Sequence record: NC_001317.1
Source: Escherichia phage 186
DNA: 30,624 bases
Reading direction: 5' to 3' (one strand)
Shown here: positions 1 through 9,217 of the stretch, in pieces
Numbering within the stretch: position 1 is the stretch's first letter
How the letters are laid out: each line of letters starts with the position of its first letter
Program-made: the position numbers and the translations under genes
Notes under the pieces: generated by a model
Database searches by the model: none
What the model was told of the DNA's origin: nothing
The model's input: the letters and a program-made list of their open reading frames with translations, nothing else

Positions 1-19
1 GGCGTGGCGGGGAAAGCAT
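1..19 (+). other. Putative cos cohesive-end sequence (P2-type 19-nt end)
   Basis: GGCGTGGCGGGGAAAGCAT at the very start of the window closely resembles the P2 19-nt cohesive end as I recall it (GGCGAGGCGGGGAAAGCAC). It sits immediately upstream of the portal gene, as in P2. Confidence 0.5.
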
Positions 20-163
20 TGCGCGCCAGAGGTGGCGCGTGAATGATAAAAATTATCGTCTGAGCGCCTCGTAATGGCGCTATCGTGGTGCTGTTGGTTC
101 GTTGGTGGTCGTGTGTGTTTGTGCGCGTGTGGCGCGTCTGAGACGTGATGGTGGCGGGGTATG

Positions 164-185
164 AAAAAGCCGCCATGCTGGCGGC
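164..185 (-). terminator. Rho-independent terminator downstream of the portal gene
   Basis: 7-bp GC-rich stem GCCGCCA/TGGCGGC with a 3-nt loop, followed on the minus strand by TTTTT, directly after the portal stop codon. Confidence 0.6.
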
Positions 186-195
186 TTGAGAGGGA

Positions 196-1218
196 TTATT
201 CCGGGTTGTCGAGGGTGTACTCTTTGAACCTGATGACCTCCATGCCGAGCCAGTCGTTTACCTCCCTGAACCTGTCCTGCAGCGGCGACAGGTCGTTACG
301 CACAAATACCTTTGCCACTTTCTCAACGTCACCGAGCGAGCCGATATTCTCGGGCTTGCCGCCCATGAGCTGGAACGGTACGCGGTGCGCGTCCATCAGG
401 TCGGCGGCGCTGGCTTTCTTGATGTTGAAAAAGTCATCCTTTGTGGCGACCTCGCTCAGTGGCACGATTTTAATGCCGTCCGGTTTTCCATTGGGAGCGT
501 AGAAAAACAGGTTTTTAAAATTGCCGAGCCCTTTCGAGTTGCGCATCGCCTCGCGCAGCGATTCGACGTCGGTCGCGCTCTGCGCCGGGTCGGTCACATA
601 CATGATGTAACCCGCATGCGCGCCGTTCTGGTAATACTTGCGGCGGAACAGCGTTGCGGATTCATTCAGCCAGGCGGAATTAAGCGCGCTGAGATATTCG
701 GGCAGGCCGTAAATCTCCTGATTAATGTCGGGCTCCAGCAGGTGAAACACGGTATCAGGCGCGAATTCATGCGGCAGAGTGAAGTTTTCCACAAACCAGA
801 AAACCGAATCGTCGACCCCGCGGCGGGTGTATTTGGCCGGTGAGGCCAGTAGCTTGATTAGCTGGCCGGTAACGCTGTGGCGCTGCTCAAGAAAGGCGTT
901 GCCGAATACCAGATAGTCGAGCGCAAAGCGGCTGAAATCCTGACGGGACAGCAGCGGGTGCGGGATGTAGGTGCTCGCGAGCACGTTGCGCTTAACGTAA
1001 ATCGGTGAGCTGTGATGTACAGCAGAGCGCAGGCTCTTTGCCAGCCCGGAGAAGCTGACCGGCGGCTCGTACCATTTGCCGTTACTGATGCACTCGACAT
1101 AATCCAGAATGTCGCGCTTATCGAGTACCGGCACTGGCTCGCCAAAGGTGAACGCCTCCATTTTTTGCGGGGCGCTGGCGGTCATGGCTACCTGTTTGCG
1201 TGGCTTGCGCTTGCTCAT
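196..1218 (-). CDS. Portal protein (P2 gpQ homolog)
   Basis: 340-aa ORF starting MSKRKPRKQ; size, position next to cos and sequence match P2-family portal proteins. SD GAGGTGG upstream. Its ATG overlaps the stop of the upstream ORF (ATGA). Confidence 0.93.
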   Translation of the reverse strand: MSKRKPRKQVAMTASAPQKMEAFTFGEPVPVLDKRDILDYVECISNGKWYEPPVSFSGLAKSLRSAVHHSSPIYVKRNVLASTYIPHPLLSRQDFSRFALDYLVFGNAFLEQRHSVTGQLIKLLASPAKYTRRGVDDSVFWFVENFTLPHEFAPDTVFHLLEPDINQEIYGLPEYLSALNSAWLNESATLFRRKYYQNGAHAGYIMYVTDPAQSATDVESLREAMRNSKGLGNFKNLFFYAPNGKPDGIKIVPLSEVATKDDFFNIKKASAADLMDAHRVPFQLMGGKPENIGSLGDVEKVAKVFVRNDLSPLQDRFREVNDWLGMEVIRFKEYTLDNPE

Positions 1219-1961
1219 GCTGCCACCTCACCCGCTGCAACAGCGAAAGACCAGTCGCAGCCAAACAGCAGGCGATAATCATCGTCGCTGTATTCGTGTT
1301 TAATTTCATCGGGCGCAAAGAGATTGCACCCGCGCTGGCATGCTGCATCCAGAGTGACCGACTGACGCCAGACACCATCTGTACAAAATACGCTGTCGCC
1401 GGTATTGATGAGCGGTGACGGTCGGTGCCTGCGGGTTGTGCCGTTCCATACCCTGAAAGCGTCATAATTATCAGAGGGCGAGGTAAACATCGTCAGGCTG
1501 TGGCGTTTATGGCAGGCGATACCCGCCGCGACTTTCGCAGCTCTTAGCGGGTTATTGAACCATCCGAACTCATCAAGATAGACATTACCCGCCAGTGCGG
1601 CGCAATGGGATTCCTCGCCGACAAAGCTGATAACCGCACCGTCGTCGAGCTGCAGGCTGTGGCCGTTACTCGTAAGACTGACGCCGACGCGCGCCGAAAG
1701 GTTACTCATGTACATCAGCGCCACGCGCGCATGCTCAATAGTGTGAGCAAACCAGACATGATTATCGCCTGTTGTCAGCGCATCGAGCAGCGCCTCACGG
1801 CTAAAGAGCTGCGTTGCGCCAATCTGGCGCGATTTGGTGATGCTGCGGTCGATATTGAGTTTCCCGACACGCAACCATGTTGCCTGATAGTCAAAGCTGT
1901 CATTGTGCAGAATATCGGCCATTGCCTGAATCTGGCTTTGTGAGAAAACGTTATTTTTCAT
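1215..1961 (-). CDS. Terminase large-subunit ATPase-domain paralog (truncated, no nuclease domain), function unknown
   Basis: 248-aa ORF translationally coupled on both sides (TAATG with terminase stop, ATGA with portal start), with SD GGAG 8 nt upstream. Clear similarity to the central region of the adjacent terminase: KSRQIGATQLFSREALLDAL vs KSRQIGATFYFSREALLRAL; VYLDEFGWF vs LYVDEIFWI; DGVWRQSVTLDAACQRGCNLF vs DGQWRQIVTIEDALAGGCTLF. Confidence 0.8.
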   Translation of the reverse strand: MKNNVFSQSQIQAMADILHNDSFDYQATWLRVGKLNIDRSITKSRQIGATQLFSREALLDALTTGDNHVWFAHTIEHARVALMYMSNLSARVGVSLTSNGHSLQLDDGAVISFVGEESHCAALAGNVYLDEFGWFNNPLRAAKVAAGIACHKRHSLTMFTSPSDNYDAFRVWNGTTRRHRPSPLINTGDSVFCTDGVWRQSVTLDAACQRGCNLFAPDEIKHEYSDDDYRLLFGCDWSFAVAAGEVAA

Positions 1962-3730
1962 TAATTAAACTCCAGAATGGATTTAGGCTGTATGCCGCTA
2001 CCGGCGGAAAGCGGTTCGTTTAACAGGGCGTGCATGGTCGCCCATGCAATATCGGCGTGACTGGCTTCCTCGGTGCGGCTGGCCTCGTAGGTGGCGCTGC
2101 GCCCGCTGCTGGTCATGGTTTTGCGGATGGACATAAACGACTGCGTGACGTCGGTTGCTCCGGCGTCGTACTCCAGACAGCCGCGGCGAATGGTGTCTTT
2201 TGCCTTGAGTACCATTGCGGTTTTCATTTCAGGCGTGTAACGGATGCCGCGTGCGGCCGGGTAGAATGAGCGCACCAACTGGAACACGCCGAGGCCGAGG
2301 CCGGTTGCGTCAATGCCGATGTATTCGACGCTGTATTTCTCGGTCAGTTTGCGGATGCCATCTGCCTGCGCGGCAAAGTCCATGCCCTTCCACTGGTGGC
2401 GCTCCAGCATGCGGAACTTGCCACCAGAAACCACCGGCGGCGCGAGCACGACGCACCCGGCGCTGTCGCCAGTGTGTGACGGGTCGTAGCCAATCCAGAC
2501 GGGGCGAGAGCCGAACGGATGGTCGGCGAACGGGGCGAAGTCCTCCCATTCTTCCATCACGTCGACCATGCAGCGCTGCAGCTCCTCGAACGGGAATACC
2601 GACGCTTTATCGTCGACAAACTCGCACATAAACAGGTTTTTAAAGTCCTCATCACTGTTTTCGCGTTTGAGTTGGTCGAGGTCGAACAGGGTGCAGCCAC
2701 CGGCAAGGGCGTCCTCAATGGTGACAATCTGCCGCCACTGGCCATCGTCGCAGAGCTGGCCACCGGCGAGCGCGCGGTGACTGATGTCAATTTCGATGCG
2801 GTCGGCAATACGGCTGCGCCCCTTGTTGAACAGCTCGCCAGACCAGAAGGGATAAGCGCCGTGCGCCAGCGTTGAGGGTGTCGAAAAGTAGGTTGAGCGC
2901 AGATGCTTCTGCGAGGCCATGCCCGAGGCGACTTTGCGCAGCTTCTGAAAATTCGGGATCCAGAATATTTCATCGACATACAGGTCGCCGTTATGGCTCT
3001 GAGCCGTGTTGGAGTTGGTACCGAGAAAAATCAGCTTTGCGCCGTTGTTGCCAATGACAATCGGGTCGCCGGTCAGGTCGACGTCAACCAGTCGCGCAAA
3101 CTGTATGATGTATTCGCGGAACACGTAAGCCTGCGTTTTACTGGCCGACAGAAAAATCTGGTTATGGCCGGTCTTGAGTGCTCGCAGCAGTGCCTCACGG
3201 GAAAAATAGAACGTCGCGCCAATCTGGCGGGATTTGAGAATGTCGCGAATACGGTGTGCCAGTCCTGCGCGGTACCACTGCAACTGGTACTCGAAAGACT
3301 GGTCGAAAAATAATTCCTCCAGCTTTTCGATAGCCTCGTCGCTGAAAAAATTCTTTTTCGGCTTCTTGCGCTCACCCTTGTTGCGGTTGGCGACGTTGGG
3401 GTTAAGGTCGGCCTCGTTGCCGGTCTGGCTGTAGCGGTTAACGCGTGCCAGTCGTTCAATCTGCCGCCCGAGCAGGTCAATCTCTTTGAAGTCACCGCCT
3501 GACTTTTGCGGCTTGGCGATGAGCTGAATCAGGCGCGCCTCAAGGCTGCTTTCAACGCGGGAAATCGGTGCGATGCCATCCCAGCCGTCGCGCTGTTTCC
3601 AGCTCTGCACGGTCGGGCGCTTGACCTGCAGCATTTCGGCAATCTGCGGCACGGAAAAACCCTGCCAGTAAAGCAGCGATGCCTGTCGTCGCGGGTCATG
3701 CAACAAGGTTGTATCGGTGGAAATGGTCAT
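1961..3730 (-). CDS. Terminase large subunit, ATPase plus nuclease (P2 gpP homolog)
   Basis: 589-aa ORF MTISTDTTLLHDPRRQASLLYWQGFSVPQIAEMLQV... with an N-terminal HTH-like region, a deviant Walker A (KSRQIGAT), Walker B (LYVDEIFW) and a C-terminal nuclease-like region (VWIGYDPSHTGDSAG). SD GAGG upstream. Confidence 0.93.
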   Translation of the reverse strand: MTISTDTTLLHDPRRQASLLYWQGFSVPQIAEMLQVKRPTVQSWKQRDGWDGIAPISRVESSLEARLIQLIAKPQKSGGDFKEIDLLGRQIERLARVNRYSQTGNEADLNPNVANRNKGERKKPKKNFFSDEAIEKLEELFFDQSFEYQLQWYRAGLAHRIRDILKSRQIGATFYFSREALLRALKTGHNQIFLSASKTQAYVFREYIIQFARLVDVDLTGDPIVIGNNGAKLIFLGTNSNTAQSHNGDLYVDEIFWIPNFQKLRKVASGMASQKHLRSTYFSTPSTLAHGAYPFWSGELFNKGRSRIADRIEIDISHRALAGGQLCDDGQWRQIVTIEDALAGGCTLFDLDQLKRENSDEDFKNLFMCEFVDDKASVFPFEELQRCMVDVMEEWEDFAPFADHPFGSRPVWIGYDPSHTGDSAGCVVLAPPVVSGGKFRMLERHQWKGMDFAAQADGIRKLTEKYSVEYIGIDATGLGLGVFQLVRSFYPAARGIRYTPEMKTAMVLKAKDTIRRGCLEYDAGATDVTQSFMSIRKTMTSSGRSATYEASRTEEASHADIAWATMHALLNEPLSAGSGIQPKSILEFN

Positions 3731-3895
3731 TGATGCCTCGCCGTAATGGATTCAGGGCAAGGCTACTTAATGGCCGTCAGTGATTCGCTAAGGTGCTGTT
3801 GTGTGGGCGGTTGTCCAGTCGTCATTGGTGGTCTGGCGTGTCCTGAGTCTGGAAACTGGCGGTGACCAGTAACCCCAACCTCAGGACTCCTGACA
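3731..3895. promoter_or_regulatory. Divergent late promoter region between the terminase operon (leftward) and the scaffold/capsid operon (rightward)
   Basis: 165-bp non-coding gap between divergently oriented late operons, as in P2 (P_P/P_O). No perfect TGT-N12-ACA activator dyad could be picked out by eye. Confidence 0.4.
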
Positions 3896-4750
3896 ATGGC
3901 AAAAAAAGTCTCAAAATTCTTTCGAATCGGCGTCGAGGGTGATACCTGCGACGGGCGCATTATCAGCGCCAGTGATATTCAGGAAATGGCCGAAACCTAT
4001 GACCCGCGTGTTTACGGTTGCCGTATCAACCTTGAACACCTGCGCGGCCTGTTGCCCGATGGCATATTCAAGCGTTACGGCGATGTGGTCGAGCTGAAAG
4101 CCGAGAAGATTGACGACGATTCTGCGCTTAACGGCAAGTGGGCGTTGTTCGCTAAAATCACCCCGACCGATGACCTTATCGCGATGAATAAAGCCGCGCA
4201 GAAGGTCTACACCTCAATGGAAATTCAGCCGAATTTTGCCAATACCGGCAAATGCTACCTCGTCGGCCTTGCTGTCACCGATGACCCGGCGAGCCTCGGC
4301 ACTGAATATCTCGAATTCTGCCGCACTGCGAAGCACAACCCGCTGCAGCGCTTTAAAGCCCACCCTGAAAACGTCTTTTCCGCCGCCACGCTGGCCGAAC
4401 TGGAATTTGAAGACGTTCCCGACACGGTGCTCAACAGCCTGGCCGATAAGGTGAAAGCCATTTTCAGCCGTAAGCAGGTCAGCGACGATGCGCGCCTGAA
4501 TGATGTACATGAAGCGGTGACCGCCGTCAGCGAGCATGTGCAGACCAACCTCACTGCACAGGATAAGCGTCTTTCCGATATGGAAACCGCGTTTGCCACC
4601 TTCAAACAGGAACTGACCGGCAAGGTTGAAGAAACCAGCCAGGCATTTTCCGTCCTGAAAACCACTCTCGACAAAACCGAAAGTTTCAGCCAGCCGCGAC
4701 GCACGAAAGCCAGCGGCGGTGGTGGCGATGAGCTGCTGACTGACTGCTGA
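3896..4750 (+). CDS. Capsid scaffolding protein (P2 gpO homolog)
   Basis: 284-aa ORF MAKKVSKFFRIGVEGDTCDGRIISA... closely resembling P2 gpO; first gene of the rightward head operon. Confidence 0.92.
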   Translation: MAKKVSKFFRIGVEGDTCDGRIISASDIQEMAETYDPRVYGCRINLEHLRGLLPDGIFKRYGDVVELKAEKIDDDSALNGKWALFAKITPTDDLIAMNKAAQKVYTSMEIQPNFANTGKCYLVGLAVTDDPASLGTEYLEFCRTAKHNPLQRFKAHPENVFSAATLAELEFEDVPDTVLNSLADKVKAIFSRKQVSDDARLNDVHEAVTAVSEHVQTNLTAQDKRLSDMETAFATFKQELTGKVEETSQAFSVLKTTLDKTESFSQPRRTKASGGGGDELLTDC

Positions 4751-4825
4751 TAAACCGCAGACCGAAACCGGGCGGAACCCCCGCCCGATGCTGTGACTAA
4801 CCGATTAAATCAAACAGGAAATACT

Positions 4826-5893
4826 ATGCGTCAGGAAACCCGTTTTAAGTTCAATGCCTATCTGACCCAGCTCGCCAAACTGAACGGCATCAGCGTTGAT
4901 GACGTCAGCAAAAAATTCACCGTCGAGCCGTCCGTCACGCAAACGCTGATGAACACCGTGCAGGCGTCATCCGCGTTTCTGCAGATGATTAACATTCTGC
5001 CGGTCGCAGAAATGAAGGGTGAGAAAATCGGTGTCGGTGTGACCGGCACCATCGCCAGCACGACCGACACCTCGGGCGACAAAGAGCGCCAGACCGCAGA
5101 TTTTACCGCGCTTGAGTCCAACAAGTACGAGTGCAACCAGATTAACTTTGACTTCCACCTGACCTATAAACGCCTCGACCTGTGGGCGCGTTTTCAGGAC
5201 TTTCAGCGTCGTATTCGCGACGCCATTGTCCAGCGTCAGGCACTGGATTTCATCATGGCCGGGTTTAACGGTACCACCCGCGCTGACACCTCTGACCGTG
5301 TTAAAAACCCGATGCTGCAGGATGTGGCCGTTGGCTGGCTGCAGAAATACCGCAATGAAGCCCCGGCGCGTGTGATGAGCAACATCACCGACGCTGACGG
5401 TAAAGTCGTTTCGGCAGTGATTCGCGTCGGTAAAAACGGCGACTATGAGAACCTCGACGCACTGGTGATGGATGGTACCAATACCCTGATTGACGAGATT
5501 TATCAGGATGACCCGAAACTCGTTGCCATCGTTGGCCGTAAGCTGCTGGCCGACAAATATTTTCCGCTGGTCAACAAACAGCAGGAAAACACCGAGTCGC
5601 TCGCGGCGGATATCATCATCAGCCAGAAGCGCATCGGCAACCTGCCAGCCGTACGTGTGCCGTACTTCCCGGCGAACGCGGTGTTCGTGACCACGCTGGA
5701 AAACCTCTCTATCTATTTCATGGATGAGAGCCACCGCCGCAGCATTGATGAAAACCCGAAAAAAGACCGCGTGGAAAACTACGAGTCGATGAACATCGAC
5801 TATGTGGTCGAGGCGTATGCCGCCGGGTGCCTGCTGGAAAACATCACCCTGGGCGATTTCACCGCACCTGCAGCACCGGAAGGCGGAGAGTAA
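4826..5893 (+). CDS. Major capsid protein (P2 gpN homolog)
   Basis: ORF-track start 4793 replaced by the internal ATG at 4826 (MRQETRFKFNAY..., SD AGGAA upstream), matching the P2 gpN N-terminus; 355 aa. Confidence 0.93.
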   Translation: MRQETRFKFNAYLTQLAKLNGISVDDVSKKFTVEPSVTQTLMNTVQASSAFLQMINILPVAEMKGEKIGVGVTGTIASTTDTSGDKERQTADFTALESNKYECNQINFDFHLTYKRLDLWARFQDFQRRIRDAIVQRQALDFIMAGFNGTTRADTSDRVKNPMLQDVAVGWLQKYRNEAPARVMSNITDADGKVVSAVIRVGKNGDYENLDALVMDGTNTLIDEIYQDDPKLVAIVGRKLLADKYFPLVNKQQENTESLAADIIISQKRIGNLPAVRVPYFPANAVFVTTLENLSIYFMDESHRRSIDENPKKDRVENYESMNIDYVVEAYAAGCLLENITLGDFTAPAAPEGGE

Positions 5894-5897
5894 ACCC

Positions 5898-6647
5898 ATG
5901 ACGAGCCCCGCACAGCGTCACATGATGCGGGTCTCGGCCTCTCAAGCCGCGCAGCGGGAACAAGCCCCGCTGCGCCATGCAACCGCCTATGAGCAGATGC
6001 TGGTTAAGCTGGCCGATGACCGCCGCACGTTAAAAAACATCCGTTCAAACGAACGTAAAGCCGAGAAAAAGCGCGAGCTGCTGCCGTTCTATGCGCCGTG
6101 GGTCGCCGGTGTGCTGACTGATGGTCGTGGTGCGCAGGATGACATTGTTATGACCGTCATGCTGTGGCGTCTCGATGCCGGTGATATCGCTGGCGCGCTG
6201 GAAATTGCCCCCTACGCGCTGAAGTACGGCCTCACCTCTGACCATCGCCGCACGACACCTTACATGCTGGTCGAGGAAGTGGCACTTGCCGCGCAGCGCC
6301 TGCGCGATGCCGGTGAGTCTGTCGACCTTTCCTGGCTGCAGGCCACTATCGACCTGACCGACGGCGCTGACGTTCCCGATATGGTGCGCGCCCGTCTGCA
6401 TAAGGTGACAGGCCTGACCCTGCGTGATGCCGGTATGAATGCAGAGGCGCTGGCGCAGTTTCAGCGCGCGATGCAGCTCGACCGCAATGCCGGTGTGCGC
6501 AAGGAGATTGAGCGACTGGAACGGGCATTGAAGCCAAAGACAGAGGCCGCGCCCCGTAAAACGACTAAACCGCGCACGCGTAAACCTGCCACCAAACCGG
6601 CAGCAAAGCGCGGGCGTCCACCAAAGGCGGCAAAAACCGCCGGTTAA
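5898..6647 (+). CDS. Terminase small subunit (P2 gpM homolog)
   Basis: ORF-track start 5802 overlaps the capsid gene; the internal ATG at 5898 (MTSPAQRHMMRVSA...) lies just after the capsid stop and matches the P2 gpM N-terminus. Basic Lys/Arg/Pro-rich C-terminal tail. Confidence 0.9.
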   Translation: MTSPAQRHMMRVSASQAAQREQAPLRHATAYEQMLVKLADDRRTLKNIRSNERKAEKKRELLPFYAPWVAGVLTDGRGAQDDIVMTVMLWRLDAGDIAGALEIAPYALKYGLTSDHRRTTPYMLVEEVALAAQRLRDAGESVDLSWLQATIDLTDGADVPDMVRARLHKVTGLTLRDAGMNAEALAQFQRAMQLDRNAGVRKEIERLERALKPKTEAAPRKTTKPRTRKPATKPAAKRGRPPKAAKTAG

Positions 6648-6739
6648 CTGAACGCTCCCCGAGCCGGGCGGCACGCCGGTCAAAGCAGGCAAAGACCTGA
6701 CGGCGACCGGCGTCCACCGCCCAACCTGATGAGGTTGTC

Positions 6740-7246
6740 ATGACGACAGTGATACTGAACCAGCCCGACGAACCGCAGGACGTACCGGGCGTGGTGATTC
6801 CCGCACCGGAGACGGGCGGTGCAGTGATTAAAAACACGTTCTTTTTCCCTGATGTGGATCCGAAGCGCGTGCGCGAACTGATGCGCCTTGAGCAGACGGT
6901 TTCCGATGCGCGCCTGCGCAATGCCATCAAGACCGGCATGGCCGAGACCAATGCGGAGCTTTACGACTACCGGCTGCGCCAGACTGCCGCCGGGTTTAAG
7001 CAACTGGCCGACGTGCCTGCCGAGGAAATCGACGGCGAGAATGTACGTGTTTTCCACTATCTGAGTGCTGTGACGGCAATGGCAACCGCCACCCTGTATG
7101 AGCGCTATCGCGGCGTTGAGGCCACCGGCAAAGGTGACAAAAAAGCCGACAGCGTGGAAACCACCATTGATGACCTGTGGCGGGATATGCGCTGGTCAGT
7201 TGCGCGTCTGCAGGACAAGCCGCGCTGCATTGTGGGGCAGCTCTGA
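6740..7246 (+). CDS. Head completion/stabilization protein (P2 gpL homolog)
   Basis: 168-aa ORF in conserved position after the small terminase; SD GAGG upstream. Confidence 0.85.
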   Translation: MTTVILNQPDEPQDVPGVVIPAPETGGAVIKNTFFFPDVDPKRVRELMRLEQTVSDARLRNAIKTGMAETNAELYDYRLRQTAAGFKQLADVPAEEIDGENVRVFHYLSAVTAMATATLYERYRGVEATGKGDKKADSVETTIDDLWRDMRWSVARLQDKPRCIVGQL

Positions 7247-7449
7247 TGAAAGTCAGGTCGATGCAGGGCGATACCCTCGACACGATTTGCGCCAGGTATT
7301 ACGGGCGCACTGAGGGCGTGGTTGAGACGGTGCTGCAGGCTAATCCGGGTCTGTCTGAGCTGGGTGTCATTCTGCCGAATGGTACAGAGATTGACCTGCC
7401 CGATGTGGCATCGTCACCCGTAACTAAAACTATCAACCTTTGGGAGTAA
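7246..7449 (+). CDS. Tail protein X (P2 gpX homolog)
   Basis: Internal ATG at 7246 overlapping the gpL stop gives a 67-aa product MKVRSMQGDTLDTICARYYGRTEGVVETVLQANPGL... matching P2 gpX in length and sequence. Confidence 0.85.
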   Translation: MKVRSMQGDTLDTICARYYGRTEGVVETVLQANPGLSELGVILPNGTEIDLPDVASSPVTKTINLWE

Positions 7450-7451
7450 CC

Positions 7452-7748
7452 ATGACAGAAGGTGAAAAAGGCGTCCTGTCACTGTTTGTGATTGGCGTGA
7501 TGATTGTTGTTGGGAAAGTGCTGGCAGGCGGTGAACCCATCACCCCGCGTCTGTTTATTGGCCGCATGCTGCTCGGTGGTTTTGTTTCAATGGTCGCCGG
7601 TGTTGTTCTGGTGCAGTTTCCTGACATGTCACTGCCCGCCGTGTGCGGGATTGGATCCATGCTCGGTATTGCCGGTTATCAGGTGGTTGAAATCGCCATA
7701 CAGCGCCGCTTTAAGTCACAAAAGGGGGAAAGTGATGCCGGTCATTAA
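7452..7748 (+). CDS. Holin (P2 gpY-like)
   Basis: Start moved to the ATG at 7452 (SD GGGAG). 98-aa protein with three hydrophobic helices and a charged C-terminus (QRRFKSQKGESD); sits immediately upstream of the endolysin. Confidence 0.8.
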   Translation: MTEGEKGVLSLFVIGVMIVVGKVLAGGEPITPRLFIGRMLLGGFVSMVAGVVLVQFPDMSLPAVCGIGSMLGIAGYQVVEIAIQRRFKSQKGESDAGH

Positions 7749-8232
7749 CACTCACCAGAATATCGCTGCGTTTCTGGACATGCTGGCGTATTCCGAAGGA
7801 ACAGCGAACCATCCGCTGACGAAAAATCGTGGCTACGACGTCATTGTCACTGGCCTTGATGGCAGACCAGAGATTTTCACCGATTACAGCGACCACCCTT
7901 TCGCGCATGGCCGACCACCGAAAGTGTTTAATCGCCGTGGCGAGAAATCCACAGCCTCGGGACGTTACCAGCAGCTTTATCTGTTCTGGCCGCACTATCA
8001 GAAACAGCTCGCATTGCCTGATTTCAGCCCACTGTCGCAGGATAAGCTCGCGATCCAGTTAATCCGGGAGCGCGGTGCTCTTGACGATATCCGGGCGGGG
8101 CGTATTGAGCGTGCTGTTTCACGTTGTCGCAATATCTGGGCGTCATTACCGGGGGCCGGTTACGGCCAGCGCGAGCACGGTCTCGAAAAGCTGGTCACCA
8201 TCTGGCGCACGGCTGGCGGGGTGGTGGCATGA
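7735..8232 (+). CDS. Endolysin (P2 gpK-like lysozyme)
   Basis: ORF-track start 7504 gives an implausible extension overlapping the holin; the ATG at 7735 (SD AAGGGGGAAAG) gives a 165-aa protein MPVINTHQNIAAFLDMLAYSEGT... closely matching P2 gpK. Confidence 0.92.
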   Translation: MPVINTHQNIAAFLDMLAYSEGTANHPLTKNRGYDVIVTGLDGRPEIFTDYSDHPFAHGRPPKVFNRRGEKSTASGRYQQLYLFWPHYQKQLALPDFSPLSQDKLAIQLIRERGALDDIRAGRIERAVSRCRNIWASLPGAGYGQREHGLEKLVTIWRTAGGVVA

Positions 8233-8642
8233 AAGTCCTGATAACGCTGCTTGTGATGGCCGTGCTCGGGTTGCTGTGGCTGCACCATGAGAACGGCAAT
8301 TTATCCCGCTCATTTGAGACGGCAAACCGCGTCGCGAGCGAGCAAAAGACGACGATTGGGATGCTGAAAAATCAGCTCAGTGTTGCCGGTCAGCTCGCCC
8401 GACGTAATGAATCCGCGCAGGTGACACTGCGCGAACAGCTCGCAAAGGCAAGTGCAGAAGCCAGCCGCCGTGAGCAGACGATAACGAGGTTACTTAATGA
8501 AAATGAAGCCTTTCGCCGCTGGTATAACGCTGCTCTGCCTGATGCTGTGCGTCGGCTGCACACCCGAACAGCCTGCGCCAGTGCCGGTGATTGTGGTCAA
8601 CGGATGCCCGAGGGTGAGCCTTTGCCCTATGCCGGGAAGTGA
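8229..8642 (+). CDS. Inner-membrane spanin (Rz-like; P2 LysB homolog)
   Basis: The ATG at 8229 overlaps the endolysin stop. N-terminal TM helix (MKVLITLLVMAVLGLLWL) followed by a coiled-coil-like region; resembles P2 LysB. Confidence 0.85.
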   Translation: MKVLITLLVMAVLGLLWLHHENGNLSRSFETANRVASEQKTTIGMLKNQLSVAGQLARRNESAQVTLREQLAKASAEASRREQTITRLLNENEAFRRWYNAALPDAVRRLHTRTACASAGDCGQRMPEGEPLPYAGK

Positions 8643-8787
8643 CCCGAAAACCAATGGTGACCTGAGCGCAGATATCCGCCGTCTTGAGGGGGCGCTGACT
8701 GCCTGCGCGCTGCAGGTCAAAACCGTCAAACACTGTCAGGATGAACTCGATGCAGAAGCACAAAAGCCTGCGCAAAGCGCTGATTAA
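8497..8787 (+). CDS. Outer-membrane lipoprotein spanin (Rz1-like; P2 LysC homolog)
   Basis: 96-aa ORF starting inside the LysB gene in the +1 frame and running past its end. Lipoprotein-type signal (LLCLMLCVGC) and a Pro/Cys-containing mature region (VNGCPRVSLCPMPGSDPKTNGDLSADIRRLE) typical of o-spanins. Confidence 0.85.
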   Translation: MKMKPFAAGITLLCLMLCVGCTPEQPAPVPVIVVNGCPRVSLCPMPGSDPKTNGDLSADIRRLEGALTACALQVKTVKHCQDELDAEAQKPAQSAD

Positions 8788-9217
8788 CGCCGTGCCGCAG
8801 CTCCGAAATAACCCCGATATGCTGCGCCTTTTTGCCGACAACGGCCACACCGATTCCCGACTGGCGAGCTCGCTGTCGTTTGAAAAGGTGTATGTGCTTA
8901 ACGTGGTGGTGACCGACTTTACTGGCGACCTCGATTTGATATTCGTGCCGGTGCAGGCATGGCTGCGTGAACATCAGCCGGACATTATGACCACCGACGA
9001 CGGGCGGGAAAAAGGATTCACCTGGATTATTGATATCAATAACGACGATTCGCTCGATATCAGTATCAGCCTGAGGCTCACCGAGCGCACGCTCGTCAAA
9101 GAGGTCGGGGGCGCGCTGCATGTCAGTTATGCACCAGAACCGCCACTGCCTGAGCTGGTGAAGCGCCCGGTTGCTATGTATGCAAACGGTGAATTAGTGA
9201 GCCAGTGGGATGAGTGA
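8741..9217 (+). CDS. Tail completion protein (P2 gpR homolog)
   Basis: 158-aa ORF (start may instead be the ATG at 8750) with SLRKALINAVPQLRNNPDMLRLFADNG and an NGELVSQWDE C-terminus matching P2 gpR. Confidence 0.85.
   Translation: MNSMQKHKSLRKALINAVPQLRNNPDMLRLFADNGHTDSRLASSLSFEKVYVLNVVVTDFTGDLDLIFVPVQAWLREHQPDIMTTDDGREKGFTWIIDINNDDSLDISISLRLTERTLVKEVGGALHVSYAPEPPLPELVKRPVAMYANGELVSQWDE

Noticed and set aside
5802-5897. Upstream extension of the small terminase ORF (track start 5802)
   Set aside because: It would overlap the 3' end of the capsid gene; the ATG at 5898 immediately after the capsid stop matches the conserved N-terminus MTSPAQRHMM.
4967-5899. 310-aa minus-strand ORF antisense to the major capsid gene
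   Set aside because: It lies entirely antisense to a well-supported, highly conserved capsid gene in GC-rich DNA, where long stop-free antisense frames arise by chance. No SD and no recognisable motifs.
7504-7734. Long N-terminal extension of the endolysin ORF in the six-frame track
   Set aside because: The extension overlaps the holin gene in another frame and has no similarity to lysozymes; the internal ATG at 7735 with a good SD yields the conserved endolysin N-terminus.
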